A stretch of 63,694 nt of DNA, the filler included, from Octopus bimaculoides (lineage: Eukaryota), in assembly GCF_001194135.2 (NCBI RefSeq). It is 8 parts of 5 records of this genome, joined end to end, with 100 filler letters (N's around TTAATTAATTAA, not from the genome) between each part and the next. Parts side by side here need not be neighbours in the genome. Positions count along the whole stretch, not along the records: positions 15,537 to 32,839 come from NC_068982.1; positions 32,940 to 34,978 come from NW_026344902.1; positions 35,079 to 47,615 come from NC_068986.1; 5 more parts are not named here. The stretch is one strand, 5' to 3'. A program made the position numbers and the translations under genes. Below are positions 25,219-37,375 of this stretch, piece after piece; position 1 is the first letter of the stretch; each line of letters begins with the position of its first letter. The notes under the pieces were generated by a model. That model was not told the origin of the DNA, searched no databases, and was given only the letters and a program-made list of their open reading frames with translations.

Positions 25219-27094
25219 AAGGCGGTGAGCTGGCAGAAACAACAGCATGCTTCCGGTGTTTTCCAAGGTGTACGTGTGTAATTTTTGACGGTATTTTCAG
25301 TGTTAACATCATTTTGTTTTTGTATCAGTGTTTTAAACACTTCGTTAATTGCTTTTGTGCTGCTTTGCAGAAATTTGTTTGTGCTTTCTCTCCTCGTTTG
25401 AGGAGAGTTAACTATCGAAAGAAAGAACAATTTATTTTATTCAGACCTTAGTGGGTCTGAATTATCGTCGTCAGAACAGGAAGTCGTACGAGCGGTGGAA
25501 AGAATGGACATCAATTAAAGAAGAAAAGTTTTGAGGAATTGGCGGAAGTTGATCTGTTAATCTTGAAAAGTTATGAGGAGATGATACACAGAGAAGGGGG
25601 TGACGTAAAGTTTTCGCCACCCCAGGAAGTCACAAAAGATATGCAGGAAAGGACAATTGTGTACAACGTATTCTGTAGAATATAAGAGAATTGAAGTTGT
25701 ATCAGTGGAGAAAATGGAAAAAGTCTTGAAGTCAATCTGGCAAGATGTAACATATCTTGCCAGAAGAAGTCGATATGGAACTGTGGAGGTTCTCTTTTAA
25801 AAGGAAGAAGAGGCAAAACAACACTCAGCAACCCCGTTAAGGACGGAATGTGTGTTCCTCCTACCCACATACCTTGGAAGGAAAGCATTCAAGGTTAGGG
25901 TAGAGGGGATCCCACCCGAAATAGATGTGGATTGGGTAGCGGCGGCTATACTTCTAGGCAACGAAGAGGAAATATCCATTTTCCAAGCTACGAAACCAGA
26001 AATAATCAATTGGAAAAAACAAGCGTAGGATATAATTATACAAAATTCAACGGAAAACCTAGAAAAAATGGTGGAAACAGTAACAGTTTGAGATGCGGTA
26101 TTAAGAGTCAGGGTGGGGGGCAGAATCCCTCGATGTTTCAAATGTGGCCAAAAGGGGCAGATTAGAGTTACCGACTGAGAAAAGTCAGGAAAGAACCAGA
26201 GAAGGGGAAGGAGAAAAAAATAAACGACATAGAACCAAGAAGAGAAAAAACAGAGGAAGAGAAAGAAAGCAAGTCAGACTGAATGGGAACCCCAAACTAC
26301 ACCCACCCACCCTTAGCCTCTCAGACCCTGTCTTCCCCCACAGACACCGAGCCTACCCATTCCCCTCCAACACGAAAACAAAAAAAGAAGCATACACACG
26401 AGAAATCTTAAATCCCCTCCCACTAGACAAAAGTGATATGTCCAGTAATCATGATTGACGATTGAAACAAGGATCGTAAAAAAATTCTGAAGTTCGATGA
26501 CTTTAAGTCGGTGGGAACCGAAGGGTTCGATAATGTTAAGACGCCGCACCGTTGTGTGCTACCTACGGAGGAACAGTCGGTGAGTGTACTGGAACATAAA
26601 ATTGGACATAGGTGGTGGGAAATAGACATGGATAGGAAGGAGCTACCGGGATTTTCGACACACCGTGAGACACTAGAACTCTATGGGGTTGGCATTGTAG
26701 AAAGAACGGGGTACAAAAGATAAAGGATAGAAATGGGGTCGCCCAGAAGTGGGACTGAGTGGCTCCATTTCATTTATTCATTTTCATGTTATCATTCGTC
26801 ATTGTCATACGCTGTTTTTTGATTTGTCGTTCTGTGTCCCCGCATGTAATGTGTTGTCCCCTTTATGTTGGCCCCTTGGTGGGCAATAAAGAATCAAGAA
26901 ACGTTAGCACGCTGGGTGAAACGCTTAGCGGTATTTCATTTGTCTTTACGTTCTGAGTTCAAATTCTGCCGCGGTTGACTTTGCCTTTCATCTTTTCGGG
27001 GTCGATAAATTAAATACCAGTTGCGTACAAGGGTCGGTCTAATCGACTGACCCCCTCCCCAACAATTACGGGCCTTGTTCCTAGAGTAGAAAAG
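25219..27094 (+). mobile_element. Host SINE B2 split by a LINE insertion (head 25219-25240, remainder 26897-27094)
   Basis: The two halves rejoin into a complete B2 SINE; the whole composite is flanked by the 15-bp TSD GATATTTGCATT(C/G)TG (25203-25217, 27095-27109). Confidence 0.9.
25241..26896 (+). mobile_element. L1/Tx1-like LINE derivative carrying a decayed ORF1 and 3' tail but no ORF2
   Basis: Translation TVEVLF*KEEEAK..LPTYLGRKAFKVRVEGIPPEID (RRM-like) and VRVGGRIPRCFKCGQKGQIR (decayed CCHC knuckle, 26134-26178). Ends in GCCCCTTGGTGGGCAATAAAGAATCA. Flanked by the 6-bp duplication AGAAAC. Confidence 0.72.
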
Positions 27095-27273
27095 GATATT
27101 TGCATTGTGATAAGCCAGAAGCGTTCAGACGACTATCAAAGTATAAAAACTATAACACCCATCATTATATATATTTTCAGTGATACAGAAAATGTTATTT
27201 TTTGTACCAGAATATATATAAACAAAAGAACATTTCCCTCATTTCAGTTGACTAGCATTATTACAATAATTTG

Positions 27274-27304
<31 letters not shown>

Positions 27305-27370
27305 AGAGAGAGAGAGAGAGAGAGAGAGAAAATCTATGTGCATGAGTATAAATACATGTATGTACTCACA

Positions 27371-27405
<35 letters not shown>

Positions 27406-28022
27406 CGCGAGTGTGTACACACGCAAAGGCACACTAAGTTGATAGCATTGCAATAATTTATGATAGTAAAAAATTGAAATAATTAAGATGAGTCTGAAGA
27501 AGACTAATAGAAATATCGCTTCTAGAACAGACTGTCGAACTGTACATTTTTATACACACACATTTCAGCCTATATGCTTTTTATAAAAAATGAAAATTGC
27601 ATTGCTTCATATTATGAGTGACGCTACTTAAATGTCTGAAGCCTAGTATTAGCAAGCGAAGCCACACAGTTATTTTGTATATCATCTCTCTATATTTATA
27701 TTTCTTGCTTTATGGCTGATATAACGATTGTCTGAATATTTTTTTTCATTCGTAAACTTAAATAAGTTTTACGTCGATTATTACTTAGGTTTTGTTATAT
27801 AATTCTTTCCTGCTGTATAAATAACAAATGTGAATAATAATCCTTCAACTTTTTGGCTTCAGACCAGCGGTATTAAGGCAGAGGGCAGGTCTATTATGCC
27901 GACTTAACTGGTGCTTTATTTTTAACGACCCGGAAAAGATGACTTCGGCGTGGTTTGAAATAAGAACGTAAAGGGACGGCTTCTGCCAGGACGCCGCTTT
28001 AACCCACGTTAACCCTGTCAAA

Positions 28023-28415
28023 GTGGAGGCGCAATGGCCCAGTGGTTAGGGCAGCGGACTCGCGGTCATAGGATCGCGGTTTCGATTCTCAGACCGGGCG
28101 TTGTGAATGTTTATTGAGCGAAAACACCTAAAGCTCCACGAGGTTCCGGCAGGGGATGGTGGCGAACCCTGCTGTACTCTTTCACCACAACTTTCTCTGA
28201 CTCTTACTTTCTGTTTCTGTTGTGCCTGTAATTCAAGGGGTCAGCCTTCTCACACTGTGTCACGCTGAATGTCCCCGATAATTACGTTAAGAGTACACGT
28301 GTCTGTGGAGTGCTCAGCCACTTGCACGTTAATTTCACAAGCAGGCTGTTCCGCTGATCGGATGAACTGGAACCCTCGTCGTTGTAAGCGACGGAGTGCC
28401 AACAACAACAACAAC
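28023..28415 (+). mobile_element. SINE family A (head type 2) with (AAC)n tail
   Basis: Highly similar to 8250-8633; probable 12-bp TSD with 2 mismatches (28011-28022, 28416-28427). Confidence 0.93.
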
Positions 28416-28589
28416 AAACCTGGCAAATATAACAAACATGCAGAAGTGTCCAGTTAACCATTATTGCAGTAAATAAACCAAATGCAACTGCCCTCAAACG
28501 AGGACAAAGGGTTAAAATGGGTTAATAAAATTAGTAATTGTGACAGGAGACCAGCATTTTTAGCGGAAAAGAAAAGTCGATGTCAATGA

Positions 28590-28725
28590 TAGCTGTACTT
28601 TATTTTATCGACCTCGAAAGGATGAACAACACTTCTAGCCACACCTTGATTTGAACTCGGCAGAAATGTCCAGAAAAAAATATACCGTTAACCTTTTTCG
28701 ACGAGCAACGATTTTGCTAGCTCGA
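28590..28725 (-). mobile_element. Degenerate SINE family B fragment
   Basis: TTTATCGACCTCGAAAGGATGAA..TTTGAACTC..GCTAGCTCG. Confidence 0.6.
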
Positions 28726-31700
28726 CATAATATTGTATCAAATTGTAGCACAATGTCAGCAATTTTCAGATGAGGGGGATAGTTGAGAAAAAGCTAAGCT
28801 TTTGACGGCTAGACTTGAACTCAGAATGCATAAATAATGATTGCGTGTACTTTGGAATTTTGCCGGTAAATTTAGCTTCTCGGGACTTTTGAGAATTCAT
28901 TTTTATTAGCTAAACTTTGAAACAGTAATTACTATTACATACGTTAGTCTATAAGCAGTATTGAAATGCTTCGTTCATTCGTGTTTAATGTATCAGTTAT
29001 ACAAAGTTATTAAACAAGCACACACCCACACATACATGTATATAAAGGCTTTTATGTAAATGCGTAACTACACATATATACTCACAGAGAGTGAGAGACA
29101 GTAAAGTCTATAAGTGTATTCCCACGGTATACTATGACAGTACCAACAAGAAAGCTAAAATCCAATGATATAAAATTCATGAATATAGCCCTTACTTTGG
29201 AGGAAAAGAAGTGTAAGAAAAAATTCCACTGTTTTCATATCAACGTGTTCGTTTTTAATTCTCATCTTTACACTTCTTCTCTATTCGCTTTAACCTATAT
29301 TTTTTTTTATTTCTATGTATCTAATGATTCTAAGCTCGAAAGAACACCAAGAGTTTTATTTCGAGAGCATCAATCAGATATGTATACAATGTTTTCACCG
29401 CGTTTTTGCAGCTGTGTGTGGATGTGAAAAGCAATTCTGTGATAGAGAATAATCTCGTCTCAGTGTTTCGTATCAAAAATGAGGTTTCCATGTTTTTTTT
29501 TTGTTGACAGAACATTTAGCTTGTTTTCTATGGTGTAACTAATCCCACCACAGTAGATAGCTTTGTCGATGCAATGTTTAATCTCCGATAGTCTTGCTAA
29601 TATTCTTAGTAAACCAGAATTGTTTGCTTCCATCCCGAGTTATTTTCAATTAAAACTTGTATCAACTACGAGAGATTATTTGCCGATGGTTTCACTCACA
29701 TAATCCAAACAATTGTCAACACATTATAAACTTGACAGAACGGTTTATATTGTCATATCAGCTTTATCTGTTAATATTTCTGAGATAACGCTGGAACCTC
29801 TTTTCGCTCGAGCCATTTGGTAATCATAATTGCCAAATCTCCCACAAATAATAACCCAAAGTCACACAAAGAAAATAACATTGGACATAATTTTCTCTGA
29901 TATACAAATAGAGGTGGAGTTTATAGCAGGATTAGTTTTAAAATGGCTTTGAATATGGGTCTTCTTCCTAAACGTTGACCAGAGGATAAATATTCCTAAT
30001 CATTAGGGAAATGTAGAACTTACCATATCTACTTTTATATACTTTATGAAAATAAATGTTCGTCGATAGTTTAATCATACACGGATTACATTACATTTTT
30101 ATGTGAGCAAATGTATATGGAAAATTCTATAAAAATTTCTTTGTGAAATTTTTTCAAAGAATAGGGAAAAAATATGTCAGCGAATACTAGACGATTGTCA
30201 AATGAATTTGGAAAAAAAATTGATTTATCTAATCAAATGTGTAAATAAAATAAGTTTAAAATGTTCTTAGAGAAAAAAAGAAGTGAATTTTTTCTATTTT
30301 TTATGTAGTTAGGGAATATAGGAAATGAAATAAAATGAGTAAAAAAATTGTGTAAAAAACAGTGGAAATACAAACTTCTTGCTTCTTTTCGTCCGACAAG
30401 CGTCTTGTCTGACAAGAGAAGCAACATGTTGGATTTGTAGATATTTAAAAAATGGAGGTGGCGCAGAGGGCAAGAACAGTAGAATATGTTGCAAGCAATG
30501 TTTTAAACAATCTGTTTGAAACCAGAAAGCTTTATGTTCAGGCTAGTTGCGCGACACCCCACAGAGGGCTAGAGCCTAGTAAAAGAAATATATGTTTATG
30601 AAATACAAGGGAATACAGAAAAGTTTCTCTTGTTCTCTTGCAAAGTTTTTTTTTATTTGATAATCTATTCGAAACTACGTGGTTTCGCCTTAGTTGTACT
30701 GTGCAGCATCTGAGCCGTTCAATACTTTGTGAGGGAATATGGCGTTCAAGAAAACGTATTGAAGGGAGTGACAAGAAAGAACAGCTTCTATCGCAAGCAG
30801 CTTCTTTATTTTTAAAATCATTTCTTAACCATATGGTTTTGATTAGGTTTCACTGAATGTCGACCAATATCGTGCAAAAGATAATGGTATTTGATTAAAA
30901 GTAAAATGAAGGGAATGGGGCAGGAAGAATAGATTCTATTACTCAGCACCTCTTTTCATTATCAATTTTGCACCCGTGTGGTGTCTGGTTCTTGCTCTGT
31001 AGATACGCTGAGCGCACTAAATGCTTTGGTATTTAAGAAAAAATAGGAGAATGGGCCCAGAAAGTATAAGCTCTTGTAAGTATTTTTTTGTTTTTTTCAA
31101 TCAGTTCGTTACCACATGATATATGGTTCATTTTAACAATGCATCATCCTGAGTCGGTCAATGCCTTCGGAGAAGATTTGATATTTAAAAAACAAAAATA
31201 CAGTGGCAGAAGTGTGAAAAGAATATGTTATGTTACAAATTACTATTTTAGAATCAGTTCGTAACAAGTAGGTTCCGAGTTCAATCTCACTGTGTGTCAT
31301 TCAGAGCTAACCAATAGCGTGAAGGGCAATTTGCTGTTTAAGAAAAGAGATATTCACATTCTATTACACAATGATTTTTTCTTTGTTAGTCGGCCTCTAA
31401 TCACGTGGTTTCGAAACAAGTATCACAACAATGCTGCGCTCTAAGTGTGTATATATATAGGGGTGCATCAGTTCGTAATCGTAACCAAGTGTCTTCGAGT
31501 TCAGTCTCACTGCGTGGTCATTTAAACCCACCAATGCCTTATAGACATCATGTGTTAAAAACGCATTACAAAGTCAGATACTAGTATATGTAAATTATTG
31601 ACTCTTCAATTCCCGACTGAATGATAGAAATCATATTCGAAACAGCTTTGGCTCATTCTGGAGTCTTTTAGCAAAGATATAAATAAGACACTTAGCCATC

Positions 31701-31991
31701 TTGGAAATAAGTCAAATGCATTAGAATCTTTATTGCACATGAGGGTGTGGACTATATTTAATGTTAAATTTAGATACATTAGATATGACATATTTATTTC
31801 TGATGCAGAGAGTATAAACTTTAGGGCTCTGTACTCCCACTCAGAGCGACTTTCATTTATTACACATATTCTGTGATACAATTTCCTAATGATTAACAGA
31901 TTACAAAGCGGTAGAGTCCAAGTAGTTTTTAGCACGCGCCTATTACACATTTGTGTATTTGTTTCGAGCTTAGCATTTCAATAGCGATTCA

Positions 31992-32101
31992 GAACTACAG
32001 CGCAGTCTCTTTTGATTCCCAATACTACAATAAAGAGCGAAAGAGAGATGAGGTTTAACTACAATCCTCGACTCTGATTACAGTGGTGTATGTAGTAGTT
32101 C
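31992..32101. promoter_or_regulatory. Candidate promoter with clustered ACTACA motifs (ZNF143/THAP11-like)
   Basis: GAACTACA (31992), ACTACAA (32024), AACTACAATCC (32057) and reverse TGTAGTAGTTC (32091) within a repeat-poor stretch. Confidence 0.35.
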
Positions 32102-32799
32102 TCTCTTAATGTATTATATCTATGCAAATATCACTTCCAAATAAGGAATCGGCAAAAAAAAATGTAATAAATTAATGCGTTGGAAATCGTTCCTACAGCA
32201 AGCAAAACAATCAATATTTCATTAGCAAACAATGAAGTTAATATTTAAACAAGAAATTCGTATTTTATTTAATTTTTTTATTTTTCATTTTCAAAGGCAA
32301 AAAGAAATAATGTATTAAGGTTCATGAACCATTTCTTTATGTAAAAAAGGAATCGATTATTCGTTTCTTTTTTTTTTGGGGGGGGGGTGAAGGGGTCTGG
32401 AATTCTTTGATTTTACAACACGGATTATGCATTATTTGCAGACTAAATATTTGTCGTTCTGGTGGTGTGTTTTGTTGTAAGAGATATTTAATAATGCTGT
32501 TAACAACGTTGTTTTTTCTGGATTACACGAATACCACCAATCATTACAAATACACGCTTACCAAAATGCCGGACACGACACATTGTTAGACGTGCAATGG
32601 TTGTGTGTTTGCTATTCCTCGTTTCAACAGTTACCATTCAATATAGTCGCAACCAATACGAACATATTAGGATAATGCAACCATTATTAACATAGGCAGC
32701 AAAAAACAAAATAACTGGTTATAAACCAAGGCGTTGCGTTTGCTGAACGATTCCGAATTTGTGATCACAGAGACTTGGAAATACCCTTTTACCCCATCC

Positions 32800-32839
<40 letters not shown>

Positions 32840-32939
32840 NNNNNNNNNNNNNNNNNNNNNNNNNNNNNNNNNNNNNNNNNNNNTTAATTAATTAANNNNN
32901 NNNNNNNNNNNNNNNNNNNNNNNNNNNNNNNNNNNNNNN
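32840..32939. other. Artificial scaffold linker
   Basis: N44-TTAATTAATTAA-N44. Confidence 0.97.
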
Positions 32940-33039
32940 GTGATAGAGTAAAATTCTGAAGCCATCGGGAGCCCATAGTTTGTTATAAATAGCTTTAACT
33001 CATACCCAATAATTTGTCTCGGTCCAGTTTCTCTTTGAG

Positions 33040-33430
33040 AACTGTTCCGTGTACCACACGACAGCAGCAGCAGTTCCAGCGACCACTTCAACAGCTTCGT
33101 CCAGCCACGATGACCACCGCCGTCGCCACATCAGCAACAAGAGTCTACTACTACTATCCAGCATCATCATCATGACCAACACGATTCTATGATTACTACT
33201 AACCAGCAACAATCTCCACCAGCGTCAACACGACCTTCTATGTACACCAAACCTCCGCGGCACATCTCTCTCTTCGATTCTGTTAGGTGACTCAGCTTCA
33301 CCACGGTAAATAAACAGACAAGAGTTCTTAAACAGACAAGAAATTCTCAGCCAGCGAAGAACATCTGTATAACAAGAATCACGGCCCGGCATCGATGCCA
33401 CGACATCACAACTAGTGATCAGCACTGCCA
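33040..33430 (+). other. CpG/GC-enriched unique segment, possible 5' exon of a host gene
   Basis: One frame reads PPPSPHQQQESTTTIQHHHHDQHDSMITTNQQQSPPASTRPSMYTKPPRHISLFDSV; candidate donors AG|GTGACT (~33285) and ACG|GTAAAT (~33306); no recognisable domain. Confidence 0.3.
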
Positions 33431-34094
33431 CACTCAGCCTCTCCTCACTTTCACATACAGATTCATATTATTGTGTACCCAAGAACTGGTATAATTGTTC
33501 ACGTGTTATATATTGACTCTCTTTCCATCTGCTGTAATAACTCACACATGTATCACTCACATACGCACTTTTCTTTGCATGACGGCCTGTCTTTGNNNNN
33601 NNNNNNNNNNNNNNNNNNNNNNNNNNNNNNNNNNNNNNNNNNNNNNNNNNNNNNNNNNNNNNNNNNNNNNNNNNNNNNNNNNNNNNNNNNNNNNNNNNNN
33701 NNNNNNNNNNNNNNNNNNNNNNNNNNNNNNNNNNNNNNNNNNNNNNNNNNNNNNNNNNNNNNNNNNNNNNNNNNNNNNNNNNNNNNNNNNNNNNNNNNNN
33801 NNNNNNNNNNNNNNNNNNNNNNNNNNNNNNNNNNNNNNNNNNNNNNNNNNNNNNNNNNNNNNNNNNNNNNNNNNNNNNNNNNNNNNNNNNNNNNNNNNNN
33901 NNNNNNNNNNNNNNNCGTCGCATAACATATCATGTATATCATCCATTGATATATATCTATTGTATGTTCGACCGTGTGACACGATTAAATAAAAGGAGTC
34001 CTCTGTTTTTTTCCATTCGTCACCATTGCTCCTTTTTGAGTTCGCACGGTCGTCCCTTACATATATATATATATATATATATATTTATGTATGT

Positions 34095-34300
34095 TTGTGT
34101 CAGTGTTTGTTCCCCCAACATCGCTTGACAACCGATGCTGGTGTGTTTACGTCCCCGTAACTTAGCGGTTCGGCAAAAAGAGACCGATAGAATAAGTACT
34201 AGGCTTCCAAAGAATAAGTCCTGGGGTCGATTTGCTCGACTAAAAGGCGGTGCTCCAGCATGGCCGCAGTCAAATGACTGAAACGAGTAAAAGATAAAAG
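34095..34300 (+). mobile_element. SINE D tail unit preceded by (TA)n
   Basis: Homologous to 43160-43320. Confidence 0.9.
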
Positions 34301-34930
34301 AGTATGTATGTGTTTGTGCGCGCGCGCGTTCGTGACGCACATTTACTGAGAGCGGAACTAAAATTGAGAATTTCCTGGAATTTAAGCATTCAAAGTGAAA
34401 TGCTTGCTTCCAACTAAATCCTGTGTTACGCTTAATCACTAAGTGTAACTTAGCTGACTTTACCAGGAAATATCAATATGTTCCTATTCTCTGTAATAGT
34501 GACTACACTCCTATTCCATGTAATAGCAACGACATGATAACAGCCACTAGAGAGTATTATGTAGTCACTAGGCTTGCTAGAAATTGTAGCCGAATCGCCC
34601 TCAGACCCAAGCCTGCCGTCTTAAATAAGAAAAGGGCTCATTTGATTATGTAGTCCTAGTTATACCTAAAAAGATCACAGCTGGAATTACTCTGATCATA
34701 AGACTACGTTATTAGGACTGAAGTAGAGCAAGGTACCTACGAAAACAAGGAGCGTTTACAAAGGCTTCGTCATTGAATGTATTTAATTTAAATGAATGAA
34801 TATTATAGACTTTTAGGAAAGTTTGCTGAAGTAAAACAAAAAAAAAAGCTGTTAATTTCCAACCAATAGCTTTCCTGTTATAGAAATTGATATCTATATT
34901 CTGTAGAATAAATTCAGTATTGGGGGAGTA

Positions 34931-34978
<48 letters not shown>

Positions 34979-35078
34979 NNNNNNNNNNNNNNNNNNNNNN
35001 NNNNNNNNNNNNNNNNNNNNNNTTAATTAATTAANNNNNNNNNNNNNNNNNNNNNNNNNNNNNNNNNNNNNNNNNNNN
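34979..35078. other. Artificial scaffold linker
   Basis: N44-TTAATTAATTAA-N44. Confidence 0.97.
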
Positions 35079-35139
35079 ATACTGAACATTTTTCTGGTGC
35101 ATTCTGAAAGAACAACCTTTGATAAAGCTGTTGCAAATG

Positions 35140-35152
35140 TCGATGATGATGG

Positions 35153-35205
<53 letters not shown>

Positions 35206-35530
35206 GGGGGATGTTATGATAGCAGTTATGATGGCGATGATAACGATGATCATGATGATGACGACGGTGTTCATCTACAATCGTCGTTACGTTGTAGTTT
35301 TTGGTTGCCATTGGTAGTATTTTTGTAGTTGTCTTTGGTAGTGGTAGCAGTCGTGATAATGCTGGCGGTGACGTTGCTGAAAATTGTTGTTGATGTTGTT
35401 GTCGTTGTTGTTGTGGTGGTGCTGGTGGCGGTGGCGGCGGTGGTAGTCCTGGTGTCGGTAGTGGTGGTGTTGGTGGTGGTGGTGGTGTTATAGGTGTTAT
35501 AGGTGATAGTTGTATTGGTGGTAGTGATTG
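35140..35530. repeat. (GAT)n/(GTT)n/(GGT)n low-complexity tract
   Basis: Directly visible. Confidence 0.9.
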
Positions 35531-36755
35531 CGACGGTAGTGTTGGTAAAACGGTGAAGATGCAGATGTTGGATACGACGAAAATGATGGAAGATTTTCAG
35601 AAGATTCCTTTAAAAATAAAATAAAACCTCAAAAACATTCTTTTTATTTATTTTTTTTTTTTTTTTTTCAAAACAAAAAATGTACTAGAAAAAAAAAGTT
35701 TACCAAAATGTTGAAAAGATAAGAAAAATATAGTAAAATTAATAGATAAAAAAATTGAAAGAGAAATTTCAAAAGTGAAAAATATCAGAAAAATAGAAGT
35801 TAGCAACGATGGAATCAACTTTAGTGGAAAAGTAAATAAGATCTTATAAGAAATTTGTCAACAAAAATGTACCCAAGGGGCTAGATATGTATTCTATGCT
35901 GATGATTGTATTAGTGGTAGTTGTGGAGGTTTTGGTGATGTTGCCGGCCATGATGATGGCAGTAGTGGTGGTGGAGCTGATAATTAATGTATTGATGATA
36001 GGGATGGTGTTAGCGGTGGCAACGACCTCATGGTAGTGATGGTGGTGAAGACCCAGAAGTAAGAATGAATGTTTAAAAGTTGATATATTTTAACTGAACA
36101 AAAGAGATATATAACTGTAAAAGTTGGGCGAGTGTGTAAAATCTAACTGTAAAGTATTTCATTTGTGTCAAAGAAGTGCGTTAATCGTTTAAAAGTTAAT
36201 ATCCGACATAACTAAGGAACTAATTAATTGTGTTAAAGATATTTAACTGTGTTAAAGAGGTGCGTGAAATGTATATTGTTAAATATATAATTATATTAAC
36301 CTGAACTAAGAATTTAACAAGTTTGATGTGTTGTTTGGCTAATTTACAGTGGTGTGTATCTCAAAGATAGAGCATTTGTCTCACAGAAGTTAACTATACA
36401 AACCATACATCTAAGTACCTGCATAAACAGGTAGTTAAAAGTTTTGTTTATGAGAGATTTAGTTGCTATCTCTATTATGTTGATCGACTTGGTTTTAAGC
36501 AGATATGTAACTGCGGCATATGTGATATATTTACTGCCATTACGAAACGCTTCTCATTAGGAGTGACGCTGTAGGTAAACCTGGGCAATGTGTATTCACT
36601 TGTGTCACATTCAGAACAATAACAAAAATTAATTCCCTCTCCAGGCCTCTCTCTTGTAACGGCGCTAAACTTAAGTAATATGTTTAAATCCAAAAGGTAT
36701 TGTAAATGAGGAGCATCAGCCATTTTAAATTTGCAAATATATTTGACCGTCATAC

Positions 36756-36801
<46 letters not shown>

Positions 36802-36891
36802 GGATGGATGGATGGATGGATGGATGGATGGATGGATAAACAGGCAGATATGTATGTGTCTCTACGTATGTAATTATGCGTGTTAATGTGA

Positions 36892-36932
<41 letters not shown>

Positions 36933-37328
36933 CAAACTGATTGTCAATGCCGGTCAGAGAGTGACCATTAGTTCCGAACCTATAAAGTACCTAGCCGAAT
37001 AGGCGACTCGTCAGATTCAAATGGCCGAAGGCACATAACCTCTCTACAATTGGAGGGAAGATGTCATGATCAATTAATTTTGTGAGCCAAAAATACGTCT
37101 AGAGAAGCCGTGCAAATGGTGGCAACAGGCGGGGTGGTGTTATCTCCCTTATATCGGTTCCGACTGTGGTGATTTTCCAAATTTGTCGTGGGAAAAACAC
37201 CTTAGATGAGGGCATTGACTAAATACTTCTTTCTCTAGGTCAAGTGAGAGTTTTGGGACCATTGCTCTCTCAGCCATATATACATGTATACACACACAAA
37301 CACACTAACAGATAAACCACCAAACCAT

Positions 37329-37375
<47 letters not shown>

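Noticed and set aside
27494-27545. CTGAAGA..GTCGAAC as a hammerhead
   Set aside because: GAAA is incomplete and stems I/III do not form.
29134-29427. 97-aa ORF with an internal GTAAGA donor
   Set aside because: No recognisable domain, weak acceptor, and composition compatible with AT-rich background.
31003-31074. 72-nt segment with good acceptor (CTCTGTAG) and donor (GTAAGT)
   Set aside because: Stops in all three frames; at most a non-coding exon, which cannot be supported from sequence alone.
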